From positions 1 through 24,171 of the forward strand of contig JANNXZ010000309.1 of the NCBI GenBank assembly GCA_031409835.1: a stretch of DNA of 24,171 bases. The letters run 5' to 3'. Shown in pieces: positions 18,666-24,171 of the stretch; within the stretch, counting starts at the first letter, position 1; each line of letters begins with the position of its first letter. The DNA comes from Nitrospirota bacterium (GTDB lineage Bacteria; Nitrospirota; Nitrospiria; Nitrospirales; Nitrospiraceae). Under the pieces are notes generated by a model, which saw only the letters and a program-made list of their open reading frames with translations, was not told the DNA's origin and made no database searches. A program made the translations under genes and the position numbers.

Positions 18666-20006
18666 GTGTTCAAGAAAGTATTGATAGCCAATCGCGGTGA
18701 GATCGCGCTCCGCGTCATTCGGGCCTGTAAGGAACTCGGCATTAAGACCGTGGCGATCTTTTCCGAGGCCGATGCAGCAAGCCTTCATGTGCGCGCAGCC
18801 GACGAGAAGATCTGCGTTGGACCTCCCGACGCGGCGCTCAGCTACAGAAATATTCCCAACGTCCTGAGCGCGGCGGAGATCACCGGGGCGGACGCCATCC
18901 ATCCTGGCTATGGGTTCCTTTCCGAGAACGCCCACTTCGCTGAAGTGTGCGAGTCCATCGGCGTCAAATTTATCGGTCCTACGTCCGAACATATCGCCCT
19001 CTTGGGCGACAAGTCCAAAGCGCGAGAAATTGTCGCCCGCCGTGGTTTACCCGTCACGCCAGGCAGCCCCGGTGAGTTGAAGAGCGAACAAGCAGCCTTC
19101 GATGCCGCAGCCAAGGTCGGCTATCCCGTGATCATTAAAGCTTCGGCCGGTGGGGGAGGACGCGGCATGCGCGTCGTCAACAAAGCCGAAGACCTCGCTC
19201 GTGCATTTCAAGCCGCGCAAGCGGAGGCGAAGACCACGTTCGGCAACGATGCCGTCTATCTTGAACGATATTTTCTCGAGCCCCGCCATATCGAAGTGCA
19301 GATCATCGCCGATCATCGTGGGCATGTCGTGCATCTCGGCGAGCGCGACTGTTCCATCCAACGCCGGCATCAGAAACTGCTCGAAGAAACCCCTTCGCCT
19401 GCTGTCGACGAAAAACTCCGCCGGGAAATCTGCCGTGTGGCTGTCGAAGCCGTGAAAGCCGTGCATTACCGGAATGTCGGGACCGTCGAGTTCTTGCTCG
19501 ACAAGGACCACAACTTCTTCTTCATGGAAGTGAACACCCGCATCCAGGTGGAGCACGCCATCACCGAAATGGTGACCGGCATCGATCTCATCAAGGAACA
19601 AATCAGGCTCGCCGACGGGCAGTCCCTCTCGTTCAAACAGCAAGACATCAAGCTCAGCGGACACAGCCTCGAATGCCGCATCAACGCGGAAGACCCGGAA
19701 AAGTTTACTCCCTGTCCAGGTATGATCACTAAATACAGCGCGCCAGGCGGATTCGGTGTACGTGTCGATTCGGCGATGGAATCGAACATGATGGTCGTTC
19801 CGTTCTACGATTCCATGATCGCCAAGATCATCACCCATGGCCGGGACCGGCAGGAATCTATCGCCCGCATGCGCCGTGCCCTCGACGAATTCGTGATCGA
19901 AGGCATCAAGACGACCATTCCGCTGCACAAACGCATTCTCAACGACCCCGACTTCCAAAAGGGCCACGTTTCGACCACCTTCCTCGAACGCTTCCTCGCC
20001 AGTTAA
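18666..20006 (+). CDS. accC: Acetyl-CoA carboxylase biotin carboxylase subunit
   Basis: Motifs [35 protein letters not shown] and [13 protein letters not shown] start. Confidence 0.97.
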   Translation: MFKKVLIANRGEIALRVIRACKELGIKTVAIFSEADAASLHVRAADEKICVGPPDAALSYRNIPNVLSAAEITGADAIHPGYGFLSENAHFAEVCESIGVKFIGPTSEHIALLGDKSKAREIVARRGLPVTPGSPGELKSEQAAFDAAAKVGYPVIIKASAGGGGRGMRVVNKAEDLARAFQAAQAEAKTTFGNDAVYLERYFLEPRHIEVQIIADHRGHVVHLGERDCSIQRRHQKLLEETPSPAVDEKLRREICRVAVEAVKAVHYRNVGTVEFLLDKDHNFFFMEVNTRIQVEHAITEMVTGIDLIKEQIRLADGQSLSFKQQDIKLSGHSLECRINAEDPEKFTPCPGMITKYSAPGGFGVRVDSAMESNMMVVPFYDSMIAKIITHGRDRQESIARMRRALDEFVIEGIKTTIPLHKRILNDPDFQKGHVSTTFLERFLAS

Positions 20007-20011
20007 CTCAC

Positions 20012-20140
20012 GCAAGACGGGCGAGAAAGGTGCGACAGGCGCGACTCGAAGGCTAACGTTCGGGGTTCGAAGTTCCAAACACTTCAGTCTTCAGACCGCT
20101 TCGCCTGCCCCACCCTTCACGCAAGTCCCGCTCCTCGCGC
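20012..20140. repeat. Nested periodic inverted repeat: GC-rich nonamer arms around a heptamer core
   Basis: Left arm GCAAGACGG GCGAGAAAG GTGCGACAG GCGCGACTC (20012-20047). Core GTTCGGG GTTCGAA GTTCCAA..ACTTCAG TCTTCAG (20058-20094). Right arm reverse complement GCGCGAGGA GCGGGACTT GCGTGAAGG GTGGGGCAG GCGAAGCGG (20140-20096). Confidence 0.8.
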
Positions 20141-20345
20141 TGATCGTACCCCACATTGAGATGCGTGATTCAAGTAAGAACTCAGCGCAGAAGCGCGAAT
20201 CAACCATCGACTGTGGGAGAAGAGGGAAATCGATTCGTCAAGCCACAAAATATAGGGGCGCAATTGGGCAGGACACAATGCCTACTTCTTAGGCAAACCG
20301 CTGCGAGGTCTCTCAGCGTAGGTCATTTCCATCGAGACAACCCCC

Positions 20346-20380
20346 TCATCCACAGAGTTACCCACAGAAGCTGTGGAGCA
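20346..20380. promoter_or_regulatory. Cluster of DnaA-box-like nonamers
   Basis: TCATCCACA (20346-54) and TTACCCACA (20358-66) each match TTATCCACA at 8/9. An inverted TGTGGAGCA (20372-80) matches at 7/9. Confidence 0.5.
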
Positions 20381-20434
20381 GAATCTTTGCAAAAAAAAAG
20401 AAAGCGATTGAGACAGATGGAACGGGCAGGACTA

Positions 20435-20500
20435 GTTGATCTAGCTGATCTTGATTTTGGTATATCTAGTTGATTTAGCGTAACCAAGCACACGAGACAG
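20435..20500. repeat. Degenerate nonamer array, possibly of the GTCTATCTG family
   Basis: GTTGATCTA GCTGATCTT ... GTATATCTA GTTGATTTA, followed by an A/C-rich counter-arm (AACCAAGCACACGAGACAGAC). Confidence 0.45.
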
Positions 20501-20566
20501 ACGCAATATCGGTCGTCTTCTGATTGGGAGCGAGGTCAGCATCCTGTGAGAGGGGATTGACATACG

Positions 20567-20812
20567 CTACTTCGTCGATTTTTCAGATCCCTTTTCCGTG
20601 ATTTTCTTGACCGCATTTCCAATCGCAGACCCGATTTTGGGAATCTCCTTCTCGACATTGTTGGCCGCGCTCTTCAGCCCTCGTCCAAGATCGTCTACGG
20701 TGATGCCTTTGCCATCCCCTGGCTTAGGATTGTCGGCAGCGGTCGATAAGGCTGCTATCTGTGTGAGCCCCACGACCAAAATGGCCGCGACGATGATGAC
20801 CGTTCTGTGCAT
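20567..20812 (-). CDS. Small secreted hypothetical protein (81 aa)
   Basis: ATG 20812 with AGGAGG RBS; signal-peptide-like MHRTVIIVAAILVVGLTQIAALSTA followed by a Lys-rich helical segment. The track start at 20959 is probably too far upstream. Confidence 0.8.
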   Translation of the reverse strand: MHRTVIIVAAILVVGLTQIAALSTAADNPKPGDGKGITVDDLGRGLKSAANNVEKEIPKIGSAIGNAVKKITEKGSEKSTK

Positions 20813-21027
20813 GAGACACCTCCTGTTGGACAAACTATACCATGAAGATGCGAAAACGTTGTCCTTCGCTTCTTTGGTTCCTGTGGTTCCATGACCGAAA
20901 GAAATCAGCTCAACCGGGGAAATCGAATCACCTGTGTCCCCTGACGTCTCACCATGCATATCCCTGAAAGGCGACGTGCTTTCTCGCGGGGAAAGGGGTA
21001 TTCTTCCGCGGCCCCCACAACAACACT

Positions 21028-22386
21028 ATGCAGGCCACACCTCGCTTAATCCCGCTCCCGCTCTACACACAAGTGCTCATCGCTGTGGCCTGTGGCATGT
21101 TGCTGGGAGTGGTCTTTGGCCAAGAGCCCTATCTGGGTGGCCTAAAGAACGAGCATCTGGGCTGGCTTGGTTTGCTGCTCGTCACGCTGCTCAAGACCCT
21201 CGCCATCCCGCTCATCTTTTTTGCGATTCTTGATGCGCTCATCCGCACTAGCCTCCCGCTACGTCAGGGGACCAAGCTGCTCTTCATCTGCCTCATCAAC
21301 GTCTCCGTAGCCATGACAATCGGCCTCGTCATCATGAACACCTGGCAGCCGGGTCTCGCCTGGTTGGGCCACGTCGATGAATTGCTGAACGTCGTGCCAA
21401 GTCCCAAGCCATCGGCAGGCGCCTCCGCAACAGTGCAGACCGGGACGCAGAGTCCGATCGAATACCTCGCGTCCTACATTCCACGCACCATCATGTCGCC
21501 GTTTTCGACCGGCAACATCATTGGAGTGGTCTTCCTCGCCCTCTGCATCGGCGCCACGCTTCGCCGCCTGCATGGCAATACGGCGAAGGGTCGTGGAGTC
21601 ATTCATACCCTCGTACGATTCATTGAGCACGGCTATTACTGGCTCGTGCAGATCCTCGGATGGATCATCCTCGCGGTACCGCTCGCCGTGTTTGGCGTCG
21701 TCGCGCAGGTCGTTGGCAAAGCGGGCATCGGCGTCTTCGCCGTCCTCTGGATCTTCCTCGTCACCATGCTCGTCGGACTCGCCATCCACTCGCTTGGTTA
21801 CTACCCACTCGTCGCCTGGCTGATAGGGAAAAAGTCGCCGAAGGTCTATATCGGGCAGGGGGCCGACGCGATCATGACCGCCGTGTCATGCAACAGCAGT
21901 CTCGCCGCTGTGCCGGTCACCCTCCGGTGTCTCGATCGCATGCAGGTCTCGCCTCAATCGGCTCGCCTCGCCGCCTGTGTCGGCACCAATCTCAACAACG
22001 ACGGCATCACCCTCTATGAAGCGATGGCCGCGCTCTTTCTCGCCCAAGCGCTGGGCTTCGACCTATCAATGGGCAGTCAGGTATTGATCGTCGCCGCGTC
22101 GATGATCGCGGGGGCCGGCGTGGCCGGCATTCCGGAAGCCGGGATGATCGTGTTGCCGCTCGTCCTCTCCGCTGCCGGCTTGCCGCCTCACGTCATCGGT
22201 GCGGCCATTCCACTCATCATGACCGTGGACTGGATCATCGCCCGAGCCCGCTCTGGCGTCAACGTCCTAAGCGACATGCTCGTCGCCATCCTCCTCGATG
22301 TAGGGCGTATCACACCCGCCACCGAACTCATCGCGCTTCAGTCCCAATCCGAAGTCACCAATCCCACAGAGCCCCAGCCATCCTGA
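21028..22386 (+). CDS. Dicarboxylate/amino acid:cation symporter (DAACS, GltP/DctA family)
   Basis: Multiple TM helices, NSSLAAVPVT (HP1), NNDGITLYEA (TM7), GIPEAG (HP2) and DWIIARARSGVNVLSD (TM8). Confidence 0.9.
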   Translation: MQATPRLIPLPLYTQVLIAVACGMLLGVVFGQEPYLGGLKNEHLGWLGLLLVTLLKTLAIPLIFFAILDALIRTSLPLRQGTKLLFICLINVSVAMTIGLVIMNTWQPGLAWLGHVDELLNVVPSPKPSAGASATVQTGTQSPIEYLASYIPRTIMSPFSTGNIIGVVFLALCIGATLRRLHGNTAKGRGVIHTLVRFIEHGYYWLVQILGWIILAVPLAVFGVVAQVVGKAGIGVFAVLWIFLVTMLVGLAIHSLGYYPLVAWLIGKKSPKVYIGQGADAIMTAVSCNSSLAAVPVTLRCLDRMQVSPQSARLAACVGTNLNNDGITLYEAMAALFLAQALGFDLSMGSQVLIVAASMIAGAGVAGIPEAGMIVLPLVLSAAGLPPHVIGAAIPLIMTVDWIIARARSGVNVLSDMLVAILLDVGRITPATELIALQSQSEVTNPTEPQPS

Positions 22387-22396
22387 AGAAAGGGAT

Positions 22397-22484
22397 GGTC
22401 TATCTGGTCTGTCTGGTTCATTTGGTTGGTGTGGTTGGTTTTCCGATCCAGCCAACAAGACAGACCAGACAAACCAGATAGACC
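22397..22484. repeat. Long palindrome built from GTCTATCTG-type nonamers
   Basis: Left arm GGTCTATCTGGTCTGTCTGGT (22397-22417) matches the reverse complement of 22464-22484 (GGTCTATCTGGTTTGTCTGGT) at 20/21. Confidence 0.85.
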
Positions 22485-22536
22485 GTCGCTTGTGAGTCCT
22501 GGACATTCAGAGGCATCCCGCGTAGATTTTCACGCC

Positions 22537-23163
22537 GTGGCCCCCACTCCTCCAAAACACTTCTCGATGATCCGCGAGTTTCACTTGGCCGACTTCCTGA
22601 CACTGGCCAACGCCGCGAGCGGCCTTGGGGCGGTGTTGTTCAGCATGCTGTACATGGGCAGCCAGTCGCCGGGGTATTTCTTCGCCGCCACGGCCATGAC
22701 GCCGGCGGCGCTGGTCTTCGACTGGCTCGATGGCCGTGTCGCTCGATGGCGGCGCATGCATTCGGCGCTCGGGCGCGAGTTGGATTCGCTGGCAGACATC
22801 ATTTCGTTCGGGGTCGCTCCAGCAGCACTCGCATTCGCCGCGGGCATGCGCGGAGGGTGGGACTGGATCGTGCTGATCTATTTCGTCTGCTGCGGGGTTA
22901 GCCGACTAGCCCGGTACAACGTGACCGCCGAGAATCTCTCCGAGGGCGCGGATAAGGTGGTCTACTTCGAAGGCACCCCCATTCCCACGACCATGCTGTT
23001 GACCGGCGTGTTAGCCTTCGCCGCCTGGCAGGACAGACTGGGCGAGAATCTGTATTGGGGCGCATGGACACTGGGACCTTGCGATCTGCATCCGTTATCC
23101 TTGCTGTTCGTCCTATCCGGCACCTTGATGGTCAGCAAAACACTACACATTCCAAAAATGTAA
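22537..23163 (+). CDS. pssA: CDP-alcohol phosphatidyltransferase (phosphatidylserine synthase-like)
   Basis: Signature DWLDGRVAR-x8-G-x3-D-x3-D, with FGVAPA, RLARYN and FEGTPIPT. Start uncertain (GTG 22537 or ATG 22567). The track start at 22426 lies inside the repeat. Confidence 0.82.
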   Translation: MAPTPPKHFSMIREFHLADFLTLANAASGLGAVLFSMLYMGSQSPGYFFAATAMTPAALVFDWLDGRVARWRRMHSALGRELDSLADIISFGVAPAALAFAAGMRGGWDWIVLIYFVCCGVSRLARYNVTAENLSEGADKVVYFEGTPIPTTMLLTGVLAFAAWQDRLGENLYWGAWTLGPCDLHPLSLLFVLSGTLMVSKTLHIPKM

Positions 23164-23325
23164 GAAGGGTAGCCTGGTTGTCCTCTTTGCGCGTGGAACA
23201 GAGGAGGGGATGGAGCCTGATGATCTTCTGTGCTCGCGCAACGTGCGGTCGAAGACTCCCCTCGTTGAACGCGCGCAGTGGAAGATCAATCAGCCCCCAT
23301 CCCTGAAGAGAGAACGAGCAAGTAT
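23164..23325. mobile_element. Putative MITE/REP-like non-autonomous palindromic element
   Basis: Imperfect inverted arms GGGATGGAGCCTGATGATCTTC (23207-23228) and GAAGATCAATCAGCCCCCATCCC (23281-23303) enclose inner GCGCAACG/CGTTGAACGCGC arms. The boundaries and mobility are inferred. Confidence 0.45.
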
Positions 23326-23351
23326 ATGATTTTCCTTCCTGGCTCATCCCA

Positions 23352-23405
23352 TCGCCCCGCCACTCTCGCCATTCGCGCGTTTTCCGCCCGTCGCGCTTGT
23401 CTCGC
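23352..23405 (-). repeat. Six tandem degenerate GC-rich nonamers (solo arm)
   Basis: Minus strand: GCGAGACAA GCGCGACGG GCGGAAAAC GCGCGAATG GCGAGAGTG GCGGGGCGA. Every unit starts with GCG at an exact 9-bp period. Confidence 0.85.
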
Positions 23406-23552
23406 CGTTATCTCACCTCGCTGTTCACTTTCACTTATCTGTCTAGCTAATTAATAATACAACCATTTCACAATCTCATCTCTTGATTTTCAGGAATGAA
23501 AACGGTATCTCCGTGCAACTTCATGGACGAGCATACATAACAGGGAGGGAGC

Positions 23553-24059
23553 ATGCGCGCAGTGATACCTTGCGAACGAATTGAACAGACAATCCTCGTC
23601 ATCCGTGGTCATAACGTAATGCTGGATAGCGACTTGGCTCACCTATACGGTGTAACAGCGGGAAGATTGAACGAAGCCGTCAAACGAAATGAGGATCGAT
23701 TTCCTAGCGATTTCATGTTCAAGCTGACGAAACCGGAGTTTGAACACTTGAAATCGCAAATTGCGATATCAAGTTCGAAGTGGGGTGGCAGAAGGCATCC
23801 GCCCTATGCGTTTACCGAACAGGGTGTGGCCATGCTCTCCGGCGTGTTGCACAGCAAGCGGGCCATCGAGGTGAACGTCGCCATTATGCGCACCTTTGTT
23901 CGACTACGCGAGATGATCAGTTCAAACAAAGTCCTTGCCCGACGCCTCAATGAGCTGGAAAAGAAGTACGATGGCCAGTTTCGTGTCGTCTTCGAAGCCA
24001 TTCGTGAACTCATGGCGGAACCAGAGTCCAAACCCCGCCGCATCGGATTCAAGACCTGA
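23553..24059 (+). CDS. ORF6N (KilA-N-like) domain DNA-binding protein
   Basis: IRGHNVMLDSDLAHLYGV..RLNEAVKRN.DRFP.DFMF.L, GGRR..PYAFTEQGVAMLS and a C-terminal RRIGF. GGAG RBS. Confidence 0.92.
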   Translation: MRAVIPCERIEQTILVIRGHNVMLDSDLAHLYGVTAGRLNEAVKRNEDRFPSDFMFKLTKPEFEHLKSQIAISSSKWGGRRHPPYAFTEQGVAMLSGVLHSKRAIEVNVAIMRTFVRLREMISSNKVLARRLNELEKKYDGQFRVVFEAIRELMAEPESKPRRIGFKT

Positions 24060-24102
24060 GGAAAGTAAAGCTGCCCGTATTTGCCTGACATAGCAAGAGC
24101 AG

Positions 24103-24137
24103 TGTGTGGTGGGGGCAGAGTGCGACCCCCACACACA
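24103..24137 (+). other. Hairpin downstream of ORF6N
   Basis: TGTGTG(G)TGGGGG pairs with CCCCCACACACA: 12 bp with one bulge and no U-tract. Confidence 0.4.
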
Positions 24138-24171
24138 GCTAAAGTATTAGCCCGCAGGGAGGGGTGCTTTT

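Noticed and set aside
19047-20078. 343-aa minus-strand ORF
   Set aside because: Antisense shadow of accC with no recognisable motifs; such shadows are common opposite GC-rich genes.
20391-20399. A9 homopolymer as a phase-variation switch
   Set aside because: It lies between convergent genes, outside any supported CDS or promoter, and its length could be a sequencing artefact.
20156-20473. 105-aa ORF in the accC downstream gap
   Set aside because: No RBS or family features; it runs through the DnaA-box-like motifs, the A9 tract and the repeat.
22418-22603. Minus-strand ORF with VYLVCLVCLV
   Set aside because: Translation artefact of the in-frame 9-bp repeat, and it overlaps the pssA-like gene.
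23055-23347. Short ORFs across the palindromic element
   Set aside because: They derive from the repeat and overlap the pssA-like 3' end; no coding support.
23553-24171. Prophage call from ORF6N
   Set aside because: No integrase, att site or structural gene within the window.

Overview
This is a mostly housekeeping bacterial chromosomal window. From protein and repeat style it is probably Nitrospira (inference, not verified). Gene order: partial ArsC/Spx-family gene (-), Zn-ribbon hypothetical (+), exported hypothetical (-), gltA, fumC, FprA-like ferredoxin-NADP reductase, nadK (-), clpC, tsaD-hflX-nth-yicC-gmk-rpoZ-coaBC-TPR, aroQ-efp-accB-accC, small secreted protein (-), DAACS symporter, CDP-alcohol phosphatidyltransferase and an orphan ORF6N gene. 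I recognised no rRNA, tRNA, CRISPR array, integrase or transposase. The unusual content is intergenic. Several families of degenerate 7-bp- and 9-bp-periodic repeats sit directly behind stop codons, often as inverted arms and sometimes nested. There are also a REP-like hairpin with symmetric T.T mismatches, a MITE-like palindrome and a cluster of DnaA-box-like motifs downstream of accC. Coding oddities include a probable ATT start for hflX and atypical substrate-site residues in the DAACS transporter.
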